Of a DNA stretch of 64,000 bases, positions 12,252 to 25,100 are shown in pieces (the stretch's first letter is position 1; every line of letters starts with the position of its first letter). The stretch lies in the NCBI RefSeq assembly GCF_006345805.1, contig NC_043006.1:6200001-6264000 (forward strand), read 5' to 3'. Under the pieces are notes generated by a model. The model ran no database searches. It was given only the letters and a program-made list of their open reading frames with translations, and was not told where the DNA came from. The stretch is from Octopus sinensis. Taxonomy: Eukaryota. A program made the translations under genes and the position numbers.

Positions 12252-14318
12252 TATATTGTTTATATCAATGCCTACTCCTTGGACCCAAGTCTTTAAGCCT
12301 TCCCAATAACTTATCTTTGTGACTTCCGTTCCTCCATCACACTTCTAACTATGGCATTATCTTCTTAGTTGCTGTAATTATATGAGAATAGAATTGCACA
12401 TATTTCATCCCTCATTTGTACTTTGGGCATTTCAAAAACGTCATTTGTACAAAATACGGCAGATATTGTATTCACCTCAATAGACGTCATTGATTGGTTA
12501 AAATTGCCGAAATGCAAGAAATTAAACAACAAATAGCTTACAAACTACAGAATTTTCTCAAGAAAGCCAAGAGAAAAAGATGTTTTATGTAACACATTCT
12601 ACCAGTATACGAAGTTAAAAAGTGTTTAGTTACAAAGAAATTATTTTTAAAATCTGCCAGTCAAAGTAAAAAGATCCTTTTTTTCCTATATTCACCTTCT
12701 TGTACACTGACAGTTCACTCTGACATGTCATTGACACCATTTCTAATTTCTTCCCAGCTAGTCCCTTCCACACCTTTATATAATGCAAAATTACCATGAA
12801 TCTCCCCTAAAGCAAACTACTTATGCTTGCCCCTCTATCATACTTTAGTCTTTTAACACCTGGCATAAAACCACTGGTCCCACTGTCAATACACTCCCAT
12901 TCAGGTAACGGGTCTTAAACTTTTTTTAAGTTACTTGCTGACCTCACAAGTACCAGTGTGTTATACACAAAAACACGAAAAACTCCTAATGCACATTGTA
13001 ATGTGGTAGGGATTAAAAAAGGCATTCCGCCACAGAAACCAATCTAAAATAAATACTGGAACTTGAAACAGCCCTGCAGCTAATCTGGAACTCGACTGAG
13101 GAAAGAAAACTCCGAATGACCCATCCTTGTTTTCTTTGTATCGTCTATCTGGATGTTTTGTTGTCCCTTTTTTATGTCACCTAACTGTCTGGAGGCTGCA
13201 CCAGGCTCCAATCTGATCTGGCAGAGTTTCTACAGCTGGATGCCCTTCCTAACGCCAACCACTCCGTGAGTGTAGTGGGTGCTTTTTACATGCCACCAGC
13301 TCAGGTGCCAGGGGAGTCTGGCAGCAGTCACGATCAGTTGGTGGTTTTTACGTGCCACCGGCATAGAAGCCAGTCAAGGCGGCACTGGCATCGGCCACGT
13401 TATATATATAGATATATAATTGCAAAGATAATCTGGAACTCAACTGAGGAAAGAAAACTCCGAATGACCCATCCTTGTTTTCTTTGTATCACCTGTCTGG
13501 ATGTTTTGTTGTCCCCTTTCTTGTATCACCTAACTGTCTGGAAGTTTTGCGTTCTTGTCCCATTTTGTATTTTTTATATATAAAAACATTGCGGCGTACG
13601 TACACTTTGGTCTCTTATATGTAATTATATACATATGTCTAATTTATGTACAACTCTATTATTCTTTCTATTCTTTCATTCTTTCTGTCAGCCCTTTCAG
13701 ACCTTCTTCATTCATTCCACTCTTCATTTTTCGTTTCCCCCTCTCTCACATTTCCTGACCTTCTCTTCAAGCTCACTTTCCCTCCTCTTTTCATTTCACT
13801 GTGTCCCTTTCATTTTTTTCACCCCTCTTAATTCTTCTATCCCTCTACCTCTACCTCTCACTCTACTCTCCCCACGTAACTAGTGTTTGGCCAAGCCTGA
13901 CCTTTCTTTCTTGGTTCGACTACCATCCATGCAACATCTATATTCCTCCCTCTGCCTGCCAAATCTTATGTGCCTGTCATAAGGCTTTACTTACCCACAC
14001 ACCAGCTTAATTTAATTTGTCCTTAGTCGAAAGACACCTGTTGTTATGTCCTGTTACATGCATTCGTATTTGTGTAACATTTCTCCAGTTTTTTTTCTGT
14101 CCTTGTTTCCATATACATTCGCTGCTTTCTTCCAAGGAATCTAATGCTCTTACCTTTTTTTTTCTTGGGGCTGGCCAAATTGGAGCAATCTCAAGTATAA
14201 CCAGCCAAAATTGCAAAGATAATCTGGAATTCAACTGAGGAAAGAAAACTCCGAATGACCCGTCCTTGTGTTCTTTGTATCGTCTGTCTGGATGTTTTGT
14301 GTTCTTGTCCCATTTTTG

Positions 14319-14354
<36 letters not shown>

Positions 14355-14985
14355 AGATAGGGGTTGAAAATTCAACCCACCATGGGATAATATATATCCA
14401 ATATACTGCCAGATAGGTACCCAACAAGATTAATACATCTATTGTATTATATGGGTAAAGGTAATAATATTACCGTAAATCAATACTACAAAATTAGAGA
14501 ATGGAGAAACATACTTAAATCAATAAAACATCAACTATCCGATGATACCCAATCAATACTTTAATACACCATTACATATGAGTAAAGGCATTATACAAAA
14601 TGAGATATACAGTAATAGTAAAAAGATAAAGAGATATAAGTAAAAAATTTCAAATATAATATGCATACTGTATATCTCATTTTGTATAATGCCTTTACTC
14701 ACATGTAATGGTGTATTAAAGTATTGATTGGGTATCATCGGATAGTTGATGTTTTATTGATTTAAGTATGTTTCTCCATTCTCTAATTTTGTAGTATATA
14801 TATATATATATGTACTTGTGATATTTTTCTGTATTTACCTCCAAACCTTCGTGAGCTGTCTGGAGTAAACATTATCTGAGAGAAATTTTCTTTAAGTAGT
14901 AGAAATAGCTAAAAAAATTTTTTTTGGCTGATATTTCTACTAAGTTCAGTATGTGGCAAAGTAATTTATTTTACTAAGCCCTAAT

Positions 14986-15016
<31 letters not shown>

Positions 15017-15936
15017 CAGGGTGTGATGGGTAAATTGTTACTATTTTTAATTTTATGCATGGGCATTGTCTGTTTTTGATTTTATCAACTACACAGTATT
15101 GTAGGGTTGGTTGGGGACTGTCTGTGAGAAAAACAGCATCATGACACAATTCACTCTACTAGATATTTGGAAACAACATGCTGTACTGTTTGGCGTTCAC
15201 ACCAGAAGCAACGATACATACAGATGGTGCACACACAGTACAAGCATTGGTTTGCCATGTCCTCAAAACATGAACTGAGAGTGATAAAAACCAAACAACC
15301 AGTCAACATCATGGTGTTTGGAGCGATCACTCATGATGGCGATGTTATGCCTCCATTCATCTTCCTACATGGGCTCACACTTAACACGGAGGCCTTCATC
15401 AAGTGCCTGGAGGAGGTAGTGTTACCCTGGGTCAAGAGGGTGGCTGCTGGAAGACCCTATGTCTGGCAACAGGATTCTGCACCATGCCACACAAGCAGGA
15501 GAACCCAGTGATGGTTGTCAGACAACTTCTGCGACCACATCACCCTTAAGATCTGGCCACTTAACTCCCCTGAATGGAACCCTCTTGATTATAAGGTGTG
15601 GAGCGCAGCTGAGCTAGAGACCAACAAAACTCCTTATAATACTGAAGATGAACTGAAAGCAAGGATTATGGTGGCATTCACCATCCAGAAGAGTTGCAGG
15701 AGATTCTGAAGTCATCTGAAGGCTATGGTTGACGCCAATGGCAATTTTATTGAATAAATTTACATTTTAGTATTTCAAAATACTTTTATCTAATTTTGGT
15801 AAATATATCTGTTAATATGAGATAATTTGATTGATTTGATCTAGTTTAAGCTCATGAGCTGTGGTCATGCTGGGGCAGTCAGTGTTATTTTCATTTTTAT
15901 GTAATTTAGACGACTGTATATTCACCGCACCCTGTA
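15017..15936 (+). mobile_element. Tc1/mariner DD37D (maT-type) transposon remnant inserted in (TA)n
   Basis: Ends CAGGGTG...CACCCTG flanked by TA; MVFGAI...WQQDSAPCH...WPLNSPEWNPLDY with 37 residues between the last two Asp; internal stop. Confidence 0.85.
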
Positions 15937-15960
15937 TTTATATATATATATTTATATATA

Positions 15961-16039
<79 letters not shown>

Positions 16040-17803
16040 ATATATACATATACAGGGTAGCAAATATTCGTTATAAATATCACCACCTGTAGCCCAGCAT
16101 GTATAAATAGTCAATAGACGACATATTCATATTTTAAAATAGTGTACATTTAAACACAAAAGAAAACTACCCTTTAACAGGTAATTTTTACATGCTAGAA
16201 ATAGCAGCCAACATGGCCAAAACCCCGATTTAATAGCAATTTTCGAAGTAAATGAAAAATAAAAACTTTTACCTTGTTATTTTTATTAGCGGTTATACCA
16301 TGGTTTCAAATTTCTTTAGCAAATAGGATTATTTGCCATCCTTTAATAGGTAATTTTGCAAAACAATATTATCCGCCAGGCAAATTCTCGTCAATAACCG
16401 GCTTTAATAACTAACTTATAATTCAGAAACAAGATAACACGTGTCCTGTCATTGTAATAATAATAATATACATTGATCTCTATTTTTGTTAGCAGTTGTA
16501 TGTTGTATGTCGATATGTTTGCATGCAGTGTAAATTAACGAAATAGAAGCAAATTGTAAATACTTTGCAACTGCTGCAATAATTATGAAATGTTGAATGA
16601 ACATTAGAGATGTATATAACTTGGGCCTTCCACGTAATTGTTTTTTGTCAAGAGTTTCACCTCCAGCTGTTCTCCAGCTGTATATGTGGTGATGTATGTG
16701 CGCGTTTAGTAACATACGTAACAGGCACACAAACACACTCACAGGCACACATTCATATACATATAGTAAGAGAGACACATACAGACATACATTCACGCAT
16801 GTCAGTTGTCACATGTGTATATCTATGTATAGATGTGTGTGTGTGTGTTTAATAATGTACTTAATGCGGAAACACGCACACAGTCAGAGAAACTTACACA
16901 CTCATACACCCACACACGTACATTCAGGACACATGCACACTCATATATGTGACATTGTTGTCGTGATATAAAACGTCCTTTACTATTTCATACGTATTGA
17001 ACACGCAAGCACACACACATAAAGTGAAACAAGTCTTATTACATTAGAATTAAAAGTGAAAGAATAAAGTGCAACAATATTATTTCACACGAAGAAGTTA
17101 ATTTGTAGACAGAAATTACAAACCCCATTTCAGCAAATTAACTGTAGAAGAAAATGGGCTGAGTGAACAAACTTGAGCCACTTTAGGATATCTTTTTCTA
17201 ATGCATGAATACTCAGTGGCATGGTTGAATTCCCATTGGTTAGTAATGAAGGCTTATCTGCTGTATCACAACAGTTTTCAATAGAGAGAGAAATGTAAAT
17301 AGTGTATTTAAATAGACAGAGTGCAAAAAATTTTTAATAAGTAATGTTGTAGGGAGAACATGCAAACAGCATGACGGCAAAGATATTTACACATGACAGA
17401 GAAAGAAGAATTGCAGAGGATGTAAGTGAGAAAGAGAAGAGAAACAGAGAAAGAATCATTTGATCACTGCAGAAGTCAAAGGGAGAGAATCGGTTGAAAA
17501 CTGCAGTTTTTACAGAAAAACCCATGTGAAAAACCAGGTCAGTTTCTCGCATTACATGGGAGCTCAGGGCAAAATATAGTCCATGACTATCCTTGGCATA
17601 TAAGTAATATGTGTATAAAGTTTGGTAAAAATTGGTTGAAAACTGTAGAAATGCATACGTATTACACACACACACATATGCACACAGACACGTCCTTTGT
17701 TTTTTATATATAGATGTCAAAAATTATTGATATAGAAAAATAGTAGAATGTTCTAAACAAATACAAACTTCTGACTAAAATTTCCAAATTAAAGAATAAT
17801 TAC

Positions 17804-17934
17804 CCATGTGTGCCTCATCTATGATATTCATCAAGCCAACATCTTCATCCTTCTCACTACATATAATCAGTAGATATCGGCCTAAACGTTTATATATTCT
17901 CTCACCAGCTCTAAGATTGATTCTCAAATTTCTC
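17804..17934 (-). CDS. Gene A exon 3, 131 nt (RNLRINLRAGERIYKRLGRYLLIICSEKDEDVGLMNIIDEAHM + G); degenerate cytochrome c N-half
   Basis: Acceptor tctacattttag|, donor G|gtaatt, only one frame open. AGERIYK resembles the N-helix motif GKxIF; ends in a split Gly codon like the cytochrome c exon. Confidence 0.75.
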
Positions 17935-18583
17935 CTAAAATGTAGATAATGGATAACAAAAGTGAGGACATACATTAAACTTAAAATAAAGAGTATCTTT
18001 AAAAACTATTTGCAAAATAAAAACAAACTGAAATTGTATTAAAATTGTATTGAATATAATATTGAGTAATTTCTCAACAGCATTTCCATATAACTTGTGA
18101 TTTATTCCAGCAGCCCTTCTTATAAATGTGAAGCAAGATGGTTTATCTTAATTTTCTACTACATAAAAAATGACTTACTTTATATCTCATATTTTATATT
18201 CAAATATTCTGAAATTAGTTTTTTTTTTTTGTAGGTGTGGGCTAGAGACGGAGACAGAGAGAAACACAGCATCTATAGATAGCAAGACAGACAGATAGAA
18301 AGGCAGTCAGGTTATTCAAAAGTAACACATTTTAAAGAATCCTTTCTAAAATTAAACCTACACAAGCATTTGTAAAAGGTCTTCTGTAGGAAAGACTAGG
18401 ACATTCCTAAATGTCAGAATAGAAAAACATGGGAAGCCTTAATGAGAGGAGAAACGTTTAAGTCAGGAATAGCTGAATGTACTTTTTTTAAAAAAGTCCA
18501 TTTCTAAAAATTAAGTTAAAAATCTGGAAAATTATCTCCCTTTTTTTAAAAGCGTATTAAAGTTATTGTCATCTTCAAATCTC

Positions 18584-18902
18584 TCTATATATAAAGCTGA
18601 AGTTGTCTGTGTATGGCACTTTGGTAGCCTTCAACTAACACTATCTCCCCCGAGACCCTGCAGTGCAAGTTGACCAAAATTGAGAGTATGTTAACACCAA
18701 AAATTACTTACATCAAAAAGGTGCTTTTTTTCTATGAAAACCCCTATTTTTTACGATTTTTTGACTGCTGTGTCACCATTTTTCAGTGTATTTCAACCAG
18801 AAAAATGTTCACTTAAAGAGAATAACAAGCTACATAATGCCAAATTTTTACTTTTCGAAAATTCCAATTCTAAAGGGTCAAAACAAAACCGAGCAATGCT
18901 AG
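18584..18902 (+). mobile_element. Non-autonomous Helitron-like element
   Basis: 5' TCTATATATAAA, 3' CCGAGCAATG...CTAG; second copy in the opposite orientation at 45096-45483. Confidence 0.6.
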
Positions 18903-18966
18903 TATATTATACAATTGTTCAAATATAAAATTGTAATCTTCAGAGCTTAAAAATTTTATTTCTTAC

Positions 18967-19021
18967 GGTCGTATTGCTCTCTTAAAAATGGTGTTTCCAT
19001 CTGCAGTTCCCAAACAGGTAT
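18967..19021 (-). CDS. Gene A exon 2, 55 nt ((D)TCLGTADGNTIFKRAIR(P))
   Basis: Acceptor ttgctacttcag|, donor CC|gtaaga. The phase 1-in/phase 2-out frame is open and matches both neighbouring exons. Confidence 0.7.
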
Positions 19022-21289
19022 CTGAAGTAGCAATAAGATGAGAAAATTTGAATTATTATCATATCAAAGACAGGAATGTTTTCTTTTATTACATCATGGT
19101 AGCATCATTGATTAGTAGAATTTAACGGTGATGAAATTCTTGCAAAACATTTTGTTTTGAATAGACAAAAAGCCATCTTTTATTGAAGCAGAGACAATTC
19201 ACTGAAGGATGTTATATTAAGGGTGCAAAGCAAATTAACTTTTGTTACCAAAATAATAATTAGAAAGTCTCGGTATTCTAATGTTAAAACAGATATTTTC
19301 CATTTTGTTGTTGAAATAATGTAAATGCATATATTTTGGAAAATGTAATAACATGAAAGATATTGTTACATTAATTGTTTGTTAAATACATATAAGATAT
19401 GTTACTGAGTGTCACGAGTCAAAAACTCGAACCATTGACGTGGTAACTATGTCATTACTCAACCTGCTGCAAATAACAACCAAATGCCTCCCAAATCACA
19501 TTCTACTATTTTTTAAAAAGGAAGGAAACACTGGATGACATGGTCAAGATACATTGTGGTTGAATATACCATTGATGATTACAGTTGAGTCATCTTTGAT
19601 CATAAATCTGCTCAATCAATGAGAATACAACAAATTAAAACTGTAACAAGATGAAAGGTCTGTAACATTGGGGGGGGGCAGCTTTCATCCCCTTACATTA
19701 AATTATTTATCGAAGGAAAAGCCAAGACTTCCGAATATCTTCAAACAGAATAAAATATTTTAATTTCTGAATTCGCAGTATCATCATCATCGTCATCATC
19801 ATCATCATCATCATCATCGTTTAACGCCCGTTTTCCATACTAGTATGGGTTGGACGATTTGACAGGGGTCTGGGAAGCCAGGAGGCTGCACCAGGCTCCA
19901 GTCTGATCTGGCAATGTTTCTACGGCTGGATGCCCTTCCTAATGCCAACCACTCCATGTGTGTAGTGGGTGCTTTTTACGTGCCACCAACATGGAAGCCA
20001 GTCAAGGCGGCGCTGGCATGCATTTCTTTCAGGTTGAATCTGTAGCCTAGGAACTAGTCGCAGTGGTCAAATGGAGCGAACCAAATCCTGTCTCGTTCCA
20101 GCATAGTGTAGCATCGCCACATGGTGGCAGCTAAAACATGTCCTTTCCGTTTGACTGTCAGCTTCGAGAAAGGGAAATTTTGCTGCTGCTAGTTCTCTGC
20201 ACATGTGCATGAGGGAACTTCCGGCAAGCCGCCCGGAAGAAATCCAACTCTGTGCATGTGTGCTGAAGACTTCCAAAATGGTGTCACTACAAAACTAAAA
20301 AGTGGTTTTGTTGAATTTTACTCTAAATTTATTTTTCATTAAAAAATGGATATGATACATGAAACTTTTATTTAAATGTATTAGAAATTAAAACTTATCA
20401 AAGCTTAAAACTAAGTTGGCCTGCAGTATTCCAGATGATTCAACATCTCCATTCTTACACACATCTCCTTAACATATGTACCCAGAATTCATCCATCAGA
20501 ACCATAAGATTTAATTCAAAAATGACCTTGACCCCAATAATAGAATTCTTTTCTTCTTATACTACACTAACATTATATTTTTTTTTTCCCTTTTTTTTTT
20601 ATTAAAAGTACTTTATTTATTTATTTATTACCCACAGGGGAGCTAAACATAGAGGAGACAAACAAGGGCAGACAAAGGGATTAAGTTGATTACATCAACC
20701 TCCATTACATCACTGGTACTTATTTAATCGCTTCTGAAAGGATGAAAGGCAAAGTCGACCTTGGTGGAATTTGAACTCAGAACGTAGCGGCAGACGAAAT
20801 ACTTATTTCTTTACTTCCCACAGGGGGCTAAACACAGAGGGGACAAACAAGGACAAATGGATTAAGTCAATTATATCGACCCCAGTGTGTAACTGGTACT
20901 TATTTAATCGATCCTGAAAGGATGAAAGGCAAAGTCGACCTTGGCAGAATTTGAACTCAGAACGTAGTGGCAGATGAAATACCGCTAAGCATTTTGCCAG
21001 GCATGTTAACGATTCTGCCAAACTCACCAACTTATTTAAAATACTTATTGAACTAATATTTATCAATGCAGACCACAATCCTCCTTTCTATAATGGTGTA
21101 GCAGTTGGCACTGCTTCTGGGAATTTCTTTTTTAATGTCTATATATGGAAAATTTTTATTTTCGCATATAACATATAAACATGTACGTCTTTTAGAACTT
21201 TGTCATTTTATAAGATTTTGCTGACAAATTTTAAAATTAACATAAGCATGTATTTACGTCAAAACCATTTGTGCGCAAATTTTTTTATC

Positions 21290-23045
21290 ACAGCAACTAG
21301 TCACACACCACAAGGTTTAATGGAAACCACTGAAGCAACCCAGCATGCTTGCAGCATTACCATAGGTGATGGCGAGGCTTAGGCATTGAGAAAGCCAAGC
21401 ACCTTCATGGGCATCACCTGGCACCTCGCTGAGGCAAGCTACCAATATTGACAAGAACTCTGCAGTTAGTGGCCCAGTCCCTCCAAACGTCTCAAATGCC
21501 ACAGGTTGGAAGAGATAGTTCGCTGTTAGATCCTGATACTTCAGAATTTTCTTCCATTTGGCTATGGAAGCAGTGACCCTCCCATTAACTGCAGCATCCA
21601 GGATGTGGGAGGGAGAAAAGGAGTCACAGACTGTGGCATCCCAAATGAGGCATCTACCTCTAACCCAGGGACAGAGGATAAGACCATCTGGCCTCTTTCC
21701 ATCACTTCTGGATAACCCTGACAGCTCCAGAACTGAGGGGATATTAATCCGAGCCAGGATCGGCTTAAGGATTAGGGTTTAGCTTGGTGTGACAAGTGAA
21801 GTGACCAGCATTTAGGTGGCAAGACAGACCTTAAAGACCTGTTGGGTTGAGGGGCCTACCACAGCGGCATCCGAGTCCCCTACAGACGTCAGCTCCCACT
21901 CTGAGTGTGATGGAGATGCAGAGATCATCTGGACAGACTGAGTAGACCTCCAATGTTGGCCATTGGCAGGTCGTCAATCCAGTCCCCTGAGAATTTTGCC
22001 CTATTACAAGGAGAGAGCTGAAAGTGGCACTTGAATGCAGACTGTCCCATACTCTCTGTTTCTGTCTATCCTCCACTGTAACCAGAACTGACAAACCCAG
22101 CTCTCTCCACTGTAATAGAGCTTAATCCATCTCTCTGTTGGAATTAGTCCATGCTGGAGAGGTGAGGATGTTGCCTTCTAAAGAGGAGCAAGTGTGGGTG
22201 GAGGAAAGACAACAGGGAAGATATAAAGATGAGCACTTGCGCAGACCTAGACCCCCAAACCATTTGGGCAAAGCAGCTTGGTTGTGGGAGTCTGGAGAGA
22301 GTTTGACATTGACCAAGCATTCAAGTTTCCTGAAGATTAGGTCATCAAAGTATTGAAGGGACAACAGGAATCTGTAAGAGGGTCCAACTCTCAGAAAATA
22401 CAATAGCTTAGGAATTGACAAGTAATTCCTAAGTACCAAAAGATCTTGGTGGGGCTCACTTACTTCAAGGCTTTTAAAAGTTGTTCAAGGTTTTTCATTT
22501 TGGATTTAAAGATGGACTTGAAAGCTAGGTCAGTAATTAGAGCTCTAAGGGAGCACCATGCTGATGAAGAAGGAATTGCTATTGAGGGGAAAGAGTCAAC
22601 AAATAGTTTAGTAGTCTGCTCATGCAAAGCTGGGCGGTTGAAGCACCAGAGCTTGCATTTGGAGCTGTTAACACTAAGACCCCTATGACCAAGTTCCTCA
22701 ATCATTGTCCTCACAGTTGCAAGTACCTTGTCAGGAGGGCCTCCCAAAGAAGCATCATCGAGGTGCCAGACATTTAGGTCAAGGTCGGCTCCCATCGAGG
22801 TAACATCATTAATACCCAATGCGAATTGGGCAGGACCAAGTGGATCACCCTGTTAGACTGCAGAAGCAGATGGAGTCTAGCAGGGCTCCTGATAGGCTTG
22901 CCAAGCAAAGTGATAAAGTGGTGGGGAATTTTCCCTTACTGTGTGGAGGATGATGTCTCGACTGATGGAGTTAAAAGCAACTTAAGGTCAAGCTTGAGGA
23001 TGACCTTTGGGGACTCAGAGGGCAAGTTGGTGAAAGCCCTGGTGG
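21290..23045 (-). mobile_element. CRE-clade non-LTR retrotransposon fragment (RT + restriction-like endonuclease)
   Basis: GDPLGPAQFALGI, WHLDDASLGG, GGLGLR, CRCG zinc knuckle, DGKRPDG...PW...WDATV, FQPVAFETFGG; lies in the first coding intron of gene A. Confidence 0.8.
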
Positions 23046-23121
23046 CATAAAACAGTTATCAATTAAAGAGTTATCAACTGCTCTTCCATATGGATGCTGT
23101 CACTTGAACAATTCAACTTAA

Positions 23122-23341
23122 CCCTTTAGTGTTTAAACCGGCTATATCCGGCCCAAATAGTCTACTCATTTTATGCTCAAACTGGCCAGAACCAGTATCT
23201 CACACCTACCCTGCAATGTCATTCTAAAAATAAACAATTACATCTTTCAAATCTTGAAGCTACAAGATAATACCAGATTAATTTTTTTAAATGTAAATGA
23301 ATAAGGATTACTTCTGACATATTAATTTGAACACTAAAGGG
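23122..23341. mobile_element. piggyBac-like MITE
   Basis: TTAA-CCCTTTAGTGTT...AACACTAAAGGG-TTAA. Confidence 0.75.
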
Positions 23342-23529
23342 TTAAATTATAATGTCAACCAATAAATTTTATAAATTTAGACAAGTTTGTCTACTATAGA
23401 GAGACAAGATAATTGATTTTTTGAGCAAAACCATTGGTCTTTGAAAAAAAAAACAAGTTTGTAAATGTTTATAATAAAACTGAGAATATAACATTCAATA
23501 ACTCTATCACAGAAACTTTATCTACTGCT

Positions 23530-24285
23530 AAACAAACTCCACCTGTCTAACACCCGTGGACATGTTTACAAAGTCAGAAAACAGCACAGCTCCTTCCATG
23601 ACTTTCGGAAACATTTTTTCACGCTAAGAGTTGCTGAAGCATGGAACAAACTGCCGGCATCAGTTGTTAGTTGTTGGAGCACTGCATCCTTCAAAACTTC
23701 CATGCTTCCTGAGATTTGCCCACACTACACCTGATTTTCTCCCTTCCATACACACGCAAGCATCTATCTGACTCATACACTGTTCACTTCCCAGACATTT
23801 GTACATTACTGTATATGCTTTATACGCACTTTTGACAAGTTGTGGTGCACCTGAGCACTGTATACAATAATTTCATTATTATTATTATTATTATTATTAT
23901 TACTAACAATAACTCTGAGTACCTTTTCAAACTCCACCTGTCTAACACTCGTGGAGATGTTTACAAAGTCAGAAAACAGCACAGCTCCTATTAATTTCGA
24001 AAAAAGTTTTTTCACGCTAAGAGTTGCTGAAATATGGAACAAACTGCCGGCATCAGTTGTTAGTTGTCAGAGCACTGCATCCTTCGAAACTTCCATGCTT
24101 CCTGAGATTCGCCAACACTACACCTGATCTTTCTCCCTTCCATACACACGCAAGCATGTATCTGACTCATACACTGTTCACTTCCCAGACATTTGTACAT
24201 TACTGCATATGTTTTATACGCACTTTTGACAAGTTGTGGTGCACCTGAGCACTGTATACAATAATTTCATTATTATTATTATTAA
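23530..24285 (+). mobile_element. Two tandem CR1/L2-type LINE 3' ends with (ATT)n tails
   Basis: TRGHVYKVRKQHS...FFTLRVAEAWNKLP repeated at about 23530-23900 and 23925-24285. Confidence 0.85.
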
Positions 24286-24308
24286 ATACTTGTATTATAG
24301 TTACTTAC

Positions 24309-24357
24309 CAAAATTTATAACCATGCAGAGAAATACTGCCAAAACAATGAGCTTCAT
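24309..24357 (-). CDS. Gene A exon 1: signal-peptide exon (MKLIVLAVFLCMVINF + G) of a cytochrome c-derived secreted protein
   Basis: Acceptor ttctgttttag|GACATC-ATG (A at -3); basic n-region plus hydrophobic h-region; strong phase-1 donor G|gtaagt. Confidence 0.75.
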
Positions 24358-24454
24358 GATGTCCTAAAACAGAAAAAAAAAACATACTTTTTTTTTTTCA
24401 CATTACAGTTACTGAACTAAACATCAAGAATTGGTATATTGACTGTTGTTGCTC

Positions 24455-24845
24455 TTTTTTTTACTCTTTTACTCTTTTATTTGTTTCAGTCATTTGACTG
24501 TGGCCATGCTGGAGCACCGCTTTTAGTTGAGCAAATCGACCCCAGGACTTATTCTTTGTAAGCCTAGAACTTATTCTATCAGTCTCTTTTGCCGAACCAC
24601 TAAGTTACGGGGACGTAAACACACGAGCATAGGTTGTCGAGCGATGTTGGGGGGATAAACACAGACACACACACATACATACGACGGGCTTCTTTTAGTT
24701 TCCCTCTACCAAATCCATTCACAAGGCTTTGGTCGGCCCAAGGCTATAGTAGAAGACACTTGCCCAAGGTTCCATGCAGTGGGACTGAACCCGGAACCAT
24801 ATGGTTGGTAAGCAAGCTACTTACCACACAGCCACTCCTACACCT
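24455..24845 (-). mobile_element. SINE family A
   Basis: Full-length copy. Confidence 0.9.
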
Positions 24846-25100
24846 AAAAAGAATAAAAATGTCTTATGAAAGAATAAATCAATGAATTTCTTTTAAAACA
24901 TTGATTGCAAACTTTGGTACAAGGCCAGCAGTTTCAGGGGAGGTAGGAAGTCAATTACGTTGACCCCCAGTACTCAACTGGTGCTTATTTTATCGGCCCC
25001 AGAGGGATTAAAGGCTGAGTTGACCTTGGTGGAATTTGAATTCAGAGTGTAAAAGACAGACTAAATGTTAAGTATTTTGCCCAGCATGCTAATGATTCTT

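Noticed and set aside
16270-16420. CpG-containing segment ending AATAAAAATAACAAG|gtaaaa, reminiscent of ANKNKG
   Set aside because: All three frames are closed shortly before the donor and no cytochrome c motifs lie upstream.
18176-18210. Possible 30-nt micro-exon in gene A intron 2 (ttcag|...|gtaagt)
   Set aside because: Stop codons in all three frames; inclusion would break the ORF.
20067-20276. Minus-strand ORF containing a CXXCH motif (TCFSCHH), tempting as the missing heme exon
   Set aside because: No other cytochrome c residues around it (no G-x-x-I-F before, no GPNL after) and no suitable splice sites; it sits beside a SINE and looks like degraded repeat DNA.
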